From an uncultured Gammaproteobacteria bacterium (GTDB taxonomy: Bacteria; Patescibacteriota; Microgenomatia; Levybacterales; UBA12049), in NCBI GenBank assembly GCA_964416505.1, contig CAYQEJ010000001.1, positions 146,363 through 210,362 on the forward strand: 64,000 nucleotides of DNA, given 5' to 3'. The notes beneath the pieces were generated by a model. The model was not told where the DNA came from. It made no database searches and was given only the letters and a program-made list of their open reading frames with translations. Both the position numbers and the translations under genes were made by a program. Of this stretch, positions 19,083 through 28,432 are shown piece by piece (position 1 is the first letter of the stretch; the number at the start of each line of letters is the position of its first letter).

Positions 19083-20160
19083 AAATTACGTCAATAATTC
19101 TTCTTGCAGCATCTTTAGGAAAATGGGATTTTTTGTGTTTTATTTTGTACTCACTAAGATTATCCATCATAAAATTAATATCTGACAAAAAAGATTCCGG
19201 AGTAAGAGAAACCTGCTCTCGCAGTTCTCCAAGACCAAGCTTTTTTAGAAGTTGCGCATTTTTAAGCTGCTCGTCTTTTTGAGAAATGGGTAAAGGAATT
19301 AAGTAAGAAGGTTTTTCTAAAACAATAAGTTCTGAAATCGTATTAACTCCAGCACGTGATACAACCATATCAGCTTTTTTCATAACTCCTCCTACCTCGT
19401 AAGGAGAAAAAAATTTGGAAATGATATATTTTCCCCTTTTTTCACTATTAAGTCCGTCTTTTAAAATCGACAACTTATCAAAATCTTTGAATTCTGAAGA
19501 GTCTCCTGTCTGATGAATAATAGTAAACTTATTTAAAAGCTCAGATAAAGTCTGGGAAATTAAATGATTTATAAAATGTGATCCCTGACTTCCTCCTGTT
19601 ATATAAATAACAGGTCCCTGGGAACTAATTTCAAACTTTTTTTTAGGATGAATAATTGTATCCCTAACTGGATTTCCGGTAAGAATAATTTTATCTTTAG
19701 GAAAATATTTTATCGATGAATCAAATGAGATACATACTTTTTTCGCAAAACGAGAGATCACTCTGTTTGCAAATCCAGCTTCCAAAGTTTGCTCATGTAT
19801 TACTACTGGAATTCTAAGGGATTTTGCAGCAAATGCGATCGGAATACTGACATATCCACCAAAACACAAAACAACATCTGGCTTAAACTTTCGAAGAATT
19901 AGATAAGCTTTACTAAACCCAATCGGAACCTTACTAATTGAAGGCAGGGTATGTCTCGTAAGACTTCTTTGAACTCTACCTGTTTTTATTTCTGCAAACT
20001 GAATATTTCTTGAAGTTATTGTTTGAAATTCTAAGGAAACTGCTTTATCTCCTTCCATGGCGTATTTTCTTCCGATATAAAGAATTTCATCTTTATCTTG
20101 AATTTCTTCGATTACAGAAAGAGCAGGAGTCAAATGTCCACCGGCAATTGCAATTTTCAT
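19057..20160 (-). CDS. murG: UDP-GlcNAc:lipid I N-acetylglucosaminyltransferase MurG
   Basis: GGHLTPAL N-terminal motif and a GT28 C-terminal domain (YITGGSQGS). Confidence 0.9.
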   Translation of the reverse strand: MKIAIAGGHLTPALSVIEEIQDKDEILYIGRKYAMEGDKAVSLEFQTITSRNIQFAEIKTGRVQRSLTRHTLPSISKVPIGFSKAYLILRKFKPDVVLCFGGYVSIPIAFAAKSLRIPVVIHEQTLEAGFANRVISRFAKKVCISFDSSIKYFPKDKIILTGNPVRDTIIHPKKKFEISSQGPVIYITGGSQGSHFINHLISQTLSELLNKFTIIHQTGDSSEFKDFDKLSILKDGLNSEKRGKYIISKFFSPYEVGGVMKKADMVVSRAGVNTISELIVLEKPSYLIPLPISQKDEQLKNAQLLKKLGLGELREQVSLTPESFLSDINFMMDNLSEYKIKHKKSHFPKDAARRIIDVIYAAQKNLN

Positions 20161-20161
20161 A

Positions 20162-21307
20162 TTATTTTCTTTTTCTTAGTATTGATTTTATCAAACTCGG
20201 CGAGTCATTAGTTGCGCTTTGTCGCGAGATATTAAGTAAAATTCCTATTGAAATAAGATTCATCGTCAGCGCTGACCCTCCATAAGAAATAAATGGAAGC
20301 GGGACCCCAGTTAATGGTAGCAATGCTGTCTGCGCACCTAAGTTAACTATTGTCTGAAGTGCAATAAAAGAAGTAATTCCACCTGCCAAGAGTTTTCCAA
20401 AAGTATCCTTCGCGTTAACTGAGATAAAAAATCCTCTGTAAACTACAAAGAACATCAAGGCAATAAAAATTATTACACCTAAAAACCCTATTTCCTCAGC
20501 AATAATTGCAAAAATAGAATCAGTAGTTGCCTCAGGAAGATAAGCAAATTTTTGAAGAGAATTTCCAATACCTACTCCTACTAACCCACCTGATCCCAAA
20601 GCAATTAAAATTTGACGAACATGATATGACGATGCAGACAGATCATGCTCTGGATTTAAAAATGTCGTTAATCTCGCAGCTCTATAAGGCTCTAGTAAAA
20701 TAAGAGCCAATCCTCCAAGCCCTACTACCGGTATGAGAGAAAAAATATGCAAAATACTTCCACCTGACAAATAATATAAAATCATGGATTCCCCGAGGAT
20801 AATTATCGCAGTTCCCATATCAGGCTGAAGCATAACCAAAAAAATTACAAAACCAATAAGAAGTAAAAAAGCCATAAATCTTCCTCTTTCTTTTGCGCTA
20901 AACCAGGCTGATAAATAGATTGTTAAAGCCAGCTTAATAATTTCTGAGGGTTGGAGAACAAAAAAACCTAAGTTAATCCAACGCTTTGCACCAAGCGCTG
21001 AAATACCAAGACCCGGAACAAAAACCAGAAACAGAAGAAAAATCGATCCAAGCAAAAGAGGAAGTGCTAAATTATAATATTTTTTATAATCAATAAAAGA
21101 AACGATAGTTAAAAAAGTGAATCCAATTACGCTCCACATCATTTGATCCTTGATGTATCTATATTTATCTCCAAAATCCCTGAACGCCACATAACTTGAA
21201 GCATCATAGATCATAAAAAGACCAAAAAAGGTTAATATTACTACTGAAGTTAAAAGTGCTATATCAGCGCGTTTTATAGATACCTTTTTTACACGAAGCA
21301 TATTCAT
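20162..21307 (-). CDS. ftsW: SEDS-family peptidoglycan glycosyltransferase FtsW
   Basis: GAKRWINLGFFVLQPSEIIK and LPxxGVPLPFISYGGSA SEDS motifs. 10 TM helices. Confidence 0.85.
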   Translation of the reverse strand: MNMLRVKKVSIKRADIALLTSVVILTFFGLFMIYDASSYVAFRDFGDKYRYIKDQMMWSVIGFTFLTIVSFIDYKKYYNLALPLLLGSIFLLFLVFVPGLGISALGAKRWINLGFFVLQPSEIIKLALTIYLSAWFSAKERGRFMAFLLLIGFVIFLVMLQPDMGTAIIILGESMILYYLSGGSILHIFSLIPVVGLGGLALILLEPYRAARLTTFLNPEHDLSASSYHVRQILIALGSGGLVGVGIGNSLQKFAYLPEATTDSIFAIIAEEIGFLGVIIFIALMFFVVYRGFFISVNAKDTFGKLLAGGITSFIALQTIVNLGAQTALLPLTGVPLPFISYGGSALTMNLISIGILLNISRQSATNDSPSLIKSILRKRK

Positions 21308-21340
21308 AGTATAGATAAAAAAGGAAAAAGCAGAAAGAGT

Positions 21341-22363
21341 TTATTTAGAAATTACTGCAATAAATAATCCGACGATTGCAAAAAAGAATCCCAAAAGCCA
21401 TGCTCGCATTACAATTTTTGGCTCTTCCCATCCCCTCTTCAACAAAAGCAAATGAAATGGAGCCACAGGGAATGCTTTTTTTCCTAAATATTTTTTACTT
21501 AAAATTTGAATCAATGATGAACCAATTTCTATTACAAAAACTCCTCCAATTACAGCTAAAGCGATAATCTTATTATTCAAAAGCCCAATTACAGCTAGGA
21601 TTGCACCCAATGACATTGAGCCAACATCACCTAACCAAATTCTGGCCTTATAAATATTAAAATACAAAAATGCTGAAACACTACCTATTAAAATAGCTAT
21701 AAAAATTGCCAGAGTAGAATCAAGACCAGTCGATGAGATTGCAAGAAAAGCACCTAAGCAAATCAATAGAAGTCCCGAGGAAAGACCATCCAAACCGTCA
21801 GCAATATTAAATGCATTTACAAAGGATACAATTGCAAACATTGCAAGAAAAATATACACAAAACCTAAATCTATTAATCCAATTCCTGTAATAAAGATTG
21901 TGGAATATCCAAGAGGAAAATATAAAACTAGAGCAATCACTAAAGCAATTATCCACTGAAGTATAAATTTATGTCTAAAGCGTAAACCAAAAAATGCTAC
22001 ACGCGTAGGGTTTGAGATTAATTTTTTGAGGTCATCATATAAACCTAATAACCCAAATGCGATAAAAGAGAAAAGAAGTGCAAAAATTTCCCAGGGTTTA
22101 ATTTCAACATTAAAAATTCCATAACTCCAAAGCGAAAGAACGGTAACTACAATTATAATAAGCGCTCCTCCTCCAAAAGGAGTTCCGACTTTCCAATTAT
22201 TTGATTTGTCAAAAAAAGGAGTTGGCTTGTTGAAAAGATCAACTGTTTTTTGACTCTGACGTCTAAGTTTCTTTTTGTATAAAAAATCTATAAATGGGAC
22301 TATTGAAAGACCAGTAGCCACCATGGACAGGATTGTTAAACCCAAGAGTTTTGCAAAATCCAT
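21341..22363 (-). CDS. mraY: phospho-N-acetylmuramoyl-pentapeptide transferase MraY
   Basis: NAFNIADGLDGLSSG signature. Polytopic membrane protein. Confidence 0.9.
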   Translation of the reverse strand: MDFAKLLGLTILSMVATGLSIVPFIDFLYKKKLRRQSQKTVDLFNKPTPFFDKSNNWKVGTPFGGGALIIIVVTVLSLWSYGIFNVEIKPWEIFALLFSFIAFGLLGLYDDLKKLISNPTRVAFFGLRFRHKFILQWIIALVIALVLYFPLGYSTIFITGIGLIDLGFVYIFLAMFAIVSFVNAFNIADGLDGLSSGLLLICLGAFLAISSTGLDSTLAIFIAILIGSVSAFLYFNIYKARIWLGDVGSMSLGAILAVIGLLNNKIIALAVIGGVFVIEIGSSLIQILSKKYLGKKAFPVAPFHLLLLKRGWEEPKIVMRAWLLGFFFAIVGLFIAVISK

Positions 22364-22410
22364 ATGCTAATTATAGCTTAGATGGTTTCTTTAATCAAAA
22401 TTCTACGTAG

Positions 22411-23151
22411 CTAATAAGAGGTTTTTAAATAAAGTTTTTCTGCTTCTTGTAATTCTTCTCTTGTATTTACCCCACGCCAGGTCATTTTTCCACCTTTTAC
22501 TGCTTCAATTTTTTCATTATTTTTCAAGGCGATCTCAATTAGGTCTACGAGATAATATTCACCTGAAATTTCATTCTTTTTAACTTTCGAAAGATATTTT
22601 TTTAAAAAATTAATAGAAAAAACATAACATGCAGGATTAATTTCATTTATATTTTTCTCTTCATGGGTTGCATTTTTTTCTTCGACAATTCTTTCAACCA
22701 ATCCATCTTTATTTCTTATAACTCTCCCAAGACCTGTTGGATTATCCATTTCAACAGTCAGGAAAGTGAGAGCATTATGATTAGTCAAGTGAGTTTTTGT
22801 TAACAATTCAAATAATTCTTTTTTGTAAAACGCTGAATCATCACCCTGAATAACAATAACGTTTTCAATTCCTGATGGGATCTGTTTTATTGCTACTTTT
22901 ACGGCATGAGCAGTACCAAGCCTTTTTTCTTGCTCAGCAAAAATTACGTTTTCTTTAACTAAATTTTTTACAGAGTCTTTCGCAAAACCTACTACAATTA
23001 CAATTGGGTCTACATTTAAATTTTTTAAATGATCTAAAGCATAAAGAACCATTGGTTTTCCCGCGAGCATCACGGTTACCTTATTGGAATCTTTAGATTT
23101 CATGCGGGTACCTTTTCCAGCAGCAAGAATTACACCAGCTAAATTACTCAT
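22411..23151 (-). CDS. stand-alone GlmU N-terminal domain-like sugar-1-phosphate uridylyltransferase (no acetyltransferase LbH domain)
   Basis: LAAGKGTRM, AEQ..LGTAHA, DNPTGLGR, EEKNATHEEK and GEYYLVD align with the E. coli GlmU uridylyltransferase domain. The ORF ends after ~246 aa. Confidence 0.7.
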   Translation of the reverse strand: MSNLAGVILAAGKGTRMKSKDSNKVTVMLAGKPMVLYALDHLKNLNVDPIVIVVGFAKDSVKNLVKENVIFAEQEKRLGTAHAVKVAIKQIPSGIENVIVIQGDDSAFYKKELFELLTKTHLTNHNALTFLTVEMDNPTGLGRVIRNKDGLVERIVEEKNATHEEKNINEINPACYVFSINFLKKYLSKVKKNEISGEYYLVDLIEIALKNNEKIEAVKGGKMTWRGVNTREELQEAEKLYLKTSY

Positions 23152-24475
23152 CTGTTTCTCTAATTATTTTTGCTCCAAGCTTACTTAGTCTTTCTTCAAA
23201 TTTCTCATATCCCCTGTCAAGATGATGTACTTCAAGTATTACACTTTCCCCCTGCGCAGCTAATGCAGCAAGAACCAATGTGGCACCGGCTCTCAAATCT
23301 GAAATAGTAACAATTGCATTGTGAAGCGGAGTTGGTCCTTTAATTCTCGCAGCATGTTTATTCGAAGATAGATCATCTTCAATATTAAAGTTATAAAACT
23401 CTTCCGGGTTTTTTACATCTGGATTAAAAAGCTCTATTTGCGCTCCCATTTTCTGAAGTTCTTTTACATAACCGAATCTACTTTCATAAACTCTTTCATG
23501 AATAATTGATTCCCCTTCTGCCTGCGTCATTAAGATTGCCCATGGGGCTTGCCAGTCTGTCATGAATCCGGGATAAATTGATGTTTCTATATTTGTAGCT
23601 GTAATAGCACCTTTGTAATAAAATCGGATTCCACTTGCCTTTATTTCTACTCCTCCCCCAATTTCTTCAAGCTTTTCGATAAATTCCCTTAATCCAGTTT
23701 CAGAAATATTTTCTACAAAGATATCTCCTTTTGTAACAAGCGCAGCAATTGCCAGAGTAACTACTTCATTTCGATCTGCACCAATTGTAAAATTCGCACT
23801 ATTAAGTTTTTCAACTCCATCTATTTCAATTGTTCTCGGGTCAGTTTTTTTTATTTTCGCTCCCATACTATTCAAAAAAACAATCAACTCATCAATCTCA
23901 GGTTCTTCTGCAGAATTCCTAAGTATTGTTTTTCCTTTAGCAAGAACGGCCGCCATAATCAATGTCTCTGTTCCCGTATGCGTGCTTTTCTTGAATGTAT
24001 AATCTGTTCCCGATAATCCATTTGGAGCTTTCATATAAAAGTATCCGTCTGAGCTTCTATATTCAACTTCTACACCCATCTGCTTTAATCCTTCAATAGT
24101 TCTATCAATCGGCCTTGCTCCGATTCTGCATCCACCCGGATTAGGAATAATAGCTTCCCTGGTCCTTGCTAAGAGTGGTGACATAAAAAGAGCAGACGTT
24201 CTAACTTCTGCAGCGCTATCAAGAGAAATTTTACTTGTATTAAAATTTGGGATATTAACGATAAGCCTATGATCTTCTTTTTTAACAACCCCACCCAGTT
24301 CTTCAATAATATCTATCATTGTAAAAAGATCAGAAATCAGTGGAATATTTTCGATGACCACTTCCCCCTCTGTTAAGCATGCTGCCACTAAAGCTTTTAA
24401 TGCGACATTTTTTGCACCACTAACTTTAGTAGATCCGATTAATTTCTCTCCACCATTTACAATAAATTTATCCAT
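23144..24475 (-). CDS. murA: UDP-N-acetylglucosamine 1-carboxyvinyltransferase MurA
   Basis: N-terminus MDKFIVNGGEKLIGSTKVSGAKNVALK. EPSP-synthase fold, full length. Confidence 0.9.
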   Translation of the reverse strand: MDKFIVNGGEKLIGSTKVSGAKNVALKALVAACLTEGEVVIENIPLISDLFTMIDIIEELGGVVKKEDHRLIVNIPNFNTSKISLDSAAEVRTSALFMSPLLARTREAIIPNPGGCRIGARPIDRTIEGLKQMGVEVEYRSSDGYFYMKAPNGLSGTDYTFKKSTHTGTETLIMAAVLAKGKTILRNSAEEPEIDELIVFLNSMGAKIKKTDPRTIEIDGVEKLNSANFTIGADRNEVVTLAIAALVTKGDIFVENISETGLREFIEKLEEIGGGVEIKASGIRFYYKGAITATNIETSIYPGFMTDWQAPWAILMTQAEGESIIHERVYESRFGYVKELQKMGAQIELFNPDVKNPEEFYNFNIEDDLSSNKHAARIKGPTPLHNAIVTISDLRAGATLVLAALAAQGESVILEVHHLDRGYEKFEERLSKLGAKIIRETDE

Positions 24476-25895
24476 TTTTTATTAACTGCTTCCCAACAGT
24501 GTAAATATCTCCTGCTCCCATTGTAATTATAATTGTATTTCTATCAAAATGTTTGGAAGATAAGTATTCTACCACATCCGATAGATTTGAGAAAAAAGCT
24601 GAAGACTTTCCAATTTTTTCTAATTCGTCAGTAATTAATTTTGAAGAAAAATTTTCATCCCTCTTCTCACGGAAAGATGGAAATATTTCGGCAATTAAAA
24701 CTTCATCTGCATCACTAAAAGAATTAACAAAATCATTAAATAAAATTTTTGTTCTAGAATACATATGGGGTTGAAAAACTGGAATTATTTTATATTTAGG
24801 AAAACTTTTACGAAATGCTGCAAGTGTATTTTTTATTTCAGCTGGATGATGTGCATAATCGTCATACAAAAGTCCTCCATCTTTCAAATTTCCAATGAAC
24901 TCAGATCTTCTTTTAGTACCTTTAAAAGTTGATAAACTTTTTTTTATAACTTCTATTGATAGACCTGCTTCTATGCCACAAATTATTGCTGCCAATGCAT
25001 CAATTGCATTTTGTTCTCCGAAAACATTAATTGAAAACTGTCCAAGCAAAGTCCCCTTCGATTTCACCCAAAAAAACATTTTGTCCTGAGAAAAATTTGT
25101 CCTATCGATAACATAATCGTTATCTGGAGAAAATCCATAAGTTATTTTTCTTTTATTTACTCTTTTTAGAAAATCTCTATTTTCCATACCATCTCCACAG
25201 GCGATCATTACTCCGTTTTCTTCAATTTTTTCTGAAAAATCTATAAATACTTTTTTTATTTCTTCAAGCGAAGAATAAATATCGGGATGATCAAAATCTA
25301 TATTGGTTACAACTAGAATTTGAGGATTTTGATACAAAAATTTTGGGACTCTGTCACTCACAATATCTGCATAATATTCATCTGATTCCGTAATAAAATA
25401 TTTTCCTTTTCCAAAATGTCCCGATGAAGAAAGAGTAGGAATTTCAGAAGTTCCAATTACATATGATGGCTTAAGCTTTGAGTTTTCAAAAACGGTTGCT
25501 ATCATGGCAGTAGTTGTGGTTTTTCCATGAGAACCAGCAACGCAAATTCCAGAAAACTTTTTACCAAATATTTCTCCTTTCTGAAAAACTCCCAATGCTT
25601 GTCCCTGATTCAAGACTGGAATTCCAAGTTTATTTGCTTTTTTTACTTCAATATTTTCACTTCCTCCGTGCGCCCCTGTAGCAATTACCAAATCAACATT
25701 TTCAACATTTTTTTCTGAAAAAGAAAAAATGTCATTTATTCCCGCTTTTTCAAGCTCTTTGTCAGTTATAAATTCCTGAGCAACATCGGATCCCGTTACG
25801 CTAAATCCAGCTTCTTTGGCAATAATTGCTAACGGAGTCATACCCACGCCCTTTATCCCAGTGAAATGTATTTTTTTTATTTTCTTATAATTCAT
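24468..25895 (-). CDS. murC: UDP-N-acetylmuramate--L-alanine ligase MurC
   Basis: IHFTGIKGVGMTPLA MurC-type N-terminus and AGSHGKTTTT P-loop. Confidence 0.8.
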   Translation of the reverse strand: MNYKKIKKIHFTGIKGVGMTPLAIIAKEAGFSVTGSDVAQEFITDKELEKAGINDIFSFSEKNVENVDLVIATGAHGGSENIEVKKANKLGIPVLNQGQALGVFQKGEIFGKKFSGICVAGSHGKTTTTAMIATVFENSKLKPSYVIGTSEIPTLSSSGHFGKGKYFITESDEYYADIVSDRVPKFLYQNPQILVVTNIDFDHPDIYSSLEEIKKVFIDFSEKIEENGVMIACGDGMENRDFLKRVNKRKITYGFSPDNDYVIDRTNFSQDKMFFWVKSKGTLLGQFSINVFGEQNAIDALAAIICGIEAGLSIEVIKKSLSTFKGTKRRSEFIGNLKDGGLLYDDYAHHPAEIKNTLAAFRKSFPKYKIIPVFQPHMYSRTKILFNDFVNSFSDADEVLIAEIFPSFREKRDENFSSKLITDELEKIGKSSAFFSNLSDVVEYLSSKHFDRNTIIITMGAGDIYTVGKQLIKNG

Positions 25896-27079
25896 TTTCT
25901 TGTTTTAATTGCATTCTCTACGACCTTATACTCATCCCACTCTCTTTCCTCTGATCCATAAGTCATAGATTTTTCATGGGCTTTTCCGGTAATAACTACA
26001 AGATCTCCTTTTGCAGCCATCTCGATTGCTGCATTTATAGCATCTCTCCTATCTGGAAGCTTAAATACCTTTGCATCTTTCTTTTCAATTCCACTGGCAA
26101 TTTCATCTATTATTTTAAGAGCACTTTCACTTCTTGGATCTTCAGCAGTTATAACTAAGATATCTGCATATTTGGATGAAATTTCCCCCATAAAAGGCCT
26201 CTTGGCATGATCACGTTCTCCAGCAGATCCGAATACATGAATAATTTTCCCTTTTGTTTGCTCACGAAGTGAACTTAACAATTTTTCAAATGCATTTGGA
26301 GTATGAGCAAAATCTATCACAACTGCATATTCCTCATCGTAAACAAAATCCAATCTACCCCTAGGCAACTTGAATGTTTTTATAGCTTTATTTATATTTT
26401 CATCAGAAATACCCAGAGACTTACTAACTGTTACTGCAGCAAGAGCATTGTATTTATTAAACTCTCCTATTAAAACTTTTGAATCCAGATTAAAATTTTT
26501 TAAATTTATTTCTGCACTTTCATTAAATCCATAAGTAACCCAGTTAGAATTTGATTTTAAGTTTTTCGATTCAGATAATAATGTATAAGATGCATCGTCT
26601 TTATTTACAACTGCGATTTTTGCCATCTTAAGAAGTTTTTCTTTTGTTTTAAGATAATTGTCGTATGTTTTGTGATAATCTAAATGCTCACTAGTAATAT
26701 TCGTTAGGACTCCAATTTCGTAATTTACTCCCCATGTTCTATATTGATCTAATGCATGGGATGTTACTTCTAATACAAAAAACTTTGATCCTCCCTTCAA
26801 AGCTTTTCGCAATAATCCTTGAAGCATAAAAGGGCTTGGTGTTGTTACATGAAATCCTGTTTCATATTCTTTTTTACCTACATATGCTCCGATACTCGTA
26901 AGCATTGAGACAGGAAAGTTATTTTCTTTAAGAATATGATAAATAAGATTAACCGTTGTAGTCTTTCCATCAGTTCCAGTCACCCCAATAACTGTAAGTT
27001 TTTTGCCTGGAAAAAGAAAAAATAAATTAGCAAAGATGGCTACACACAAATGGTAATAATTTTTTATTTTTCTCAACAT
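25892..27079 (-). CDS. murE: UDP-MurNAc-L-Ala-D-Glu:meso-DAP (or Lys) ligase MurE, short form lacking N-terminal domain
   Basis: GVTGTDGKTTT. EVTSHAL, SEHLDYH, DFAHTPNAFEKLL and GSAGERDHAKRP align well with E. coli MurE. Confidence 0.8.
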   Translation of the reverse strand: MLRKIKNYYHLCVAIFANLFFLFPGKKLTVIGVTGTDGKTTTVNLIYHILKENNFPVSMLTSIGAYVGKKEYETGFHVTTPSPFMLQGLLRKALKGGSKFFVLEVTSHALDQYRTWGVNYEIGVLTNITSEHLDYHKTYDNYLKTKEKLLKMAKIAVVNKDDASYTLLSESKNLKSNSNWVTYGFNESAEINLKNFNLDSKVLIGEFNKYNALAAVTVSKSLGISDENINKAIKTFKLPRGRLDFVYDEEYAVVIDFAHTPNAFEKLLSSLREQTKGKIIHVFGSAGERDHAKRPFMGEISSKYADILVITAEDPRSESALKIIDEIASGIEKKDAKVFKLPDRRDAINAAIEMAAKGDLVVITGKAHEKSMTYGSEEREWDEYKVVENAIKTRK

Positions 27080-27096
27080 ATTTTAATTGTACTCCT

Positions 27097-28422
27097 TTAT
27101 CCAGAAAGTCTTCTTTTAGAATTCCAGAACGAACCTCTGCGTGGCAATTTTTCTACATCTTTTTTGTTTGCAAGAAGCATCTCAACTACTCTTTCCAAAA
27201 ACAAAGTATTCTGAGAACTTTTTACCAAAATAAAATCATTATTTCTTAAATCTGAAATAATTTCATCTTTTGCATCTTTATACTTTTCAAAACTTATAAA
27301 TTTAAAATTTTCTCTTTCAAGAATCGGGGCAACATACTCTCTCATCATAGGCCCAATAATAATTGCAAAATCTAAATTTTTTAAAATAACTTTTGCTAAG
27401 GTTTCATGAGCATACCTTGAAAGTGTTCCCAATTCCCTCATATCTCCCAATATTCCCACTCTTCTTCCTTTTGCCATCAAGGATAGTGATTCAATCGCAC
27501 CTGTTGTTGCAGCAAGAGATGAGTTATAAGAAGAATCTATTATTGTAGAATTTTTTATTCCGTTAAAAATTGAAAATCTTCCTGGCGGAAGAGAAAAATT
27601 CTGCTCAATTAAGGTAATTACTTCTTCGATATTTATCTTGCATAAAAATGAAATTGCTATTACATAAATAAATGAATACGCATAGTACTTTGGTAAAGGA
27701 GATTTTATTTCAAGCTTATATTTTTCCTTAAGAAAAATAAAACCCATTTCAAAATTATCTTTAGAAATTTTAACTTGATTTACATAAAAATCCGCATTTT
27801 TATCCTTCAAAGAAATTGTTATGGTTCTCGACTTTAAAGGTAAAAGACCTGAAATATTTTCATCATCCAAATTAATTACTGATGTTGAATTTGAATCCAA
27901 TGACTTTAATAAAAGGCCTTCTTCTTTTGCTGTTATTGCGAGAATCTCATCTCTTCTTTTTGCTATATCTTCTTCTTTTACAAATTCATCAAAATTTAAA
28001 CTATGCTCTATATCAATATTTGTGAGGACTCCTATATTTGGTTTTAGGATTCTAAGAAGATAATCCATATTTTTCGGAGGTTTTGGGCTATCAATTCCCA
28101 TTTCTGCAATATAAATGTCGTATTTTTTATGATTAGTTATTGTTTTAAATGGCGCAGCAAAAAGAGCTTTTATCCATGAAGATATCGAATAATCTTTCAT
28201 CTCAATATCTAAAATACTTAAAGGAAGTCCTGTTTCACTATTCTTTCCTTTTCCTTCTTTCACTTTATATTTATTTTTTAAAACGTTTCCCAGAAGAAGA
28301 GCTGTCGACGACTTACCGCTTGCCCCTCCGATACCAATTATTAACGGACTTATTTTCCTTAACTGGATTTGGGCAAAAAATCTAAGATATGCTAAGTAAA
28401 AATTTATAAATATTTTTTTCAT
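27097..28422 (-). CDS. murF: Mur ligase family, MurF-like (UDP-MurNAc-pentapeptide synthetase)
   Basis: IGIGGASGKSST P-loop. GKNSETGLPLSIL resembles the MurF NNEIGVPLTLL motif. Position after ftsI. Confidence 0.55.
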   Translation of the reverse strand: MKKIFINFYLAYLRFFAQIQLRKISPLIIGIGGASGKSSTALLLGNVLKNKYKVKEGKGKNSETGLPLSILDIEMKDYSISSWIKALFAAPFKTITNHKKYDIYIAEMGIDSPKPPKNMDYLLRILKPNIGVLTNIDIEHSLNFDEFVKEEDIAKRRDEILAITAKEEGLLLKSLDSNSTSVINLDDENISGLLPLKSRTITISLKDKNADFYVNQVKISKDNFEMGFIFLKEKYKLEIKSPLPKYYAYSFIYVIAISFLCKINIEEVITLIEQNFSLPPGRFSIFNGIKNSTIIDSSYNSSLAATTGAIESLSLMAKGRRVGILGDMRELGTLSRYAHETLAKVILKNLDFAIIIGPMMREYVAPILERENFKFISFEKYKDAKDEIISDLRNNDFILVKSSQNTLFLERVVEMLLANKKDVEKLPRRGSFWNSKRRLSG

Positions 28423-28432
28423 AATTTAGTGT

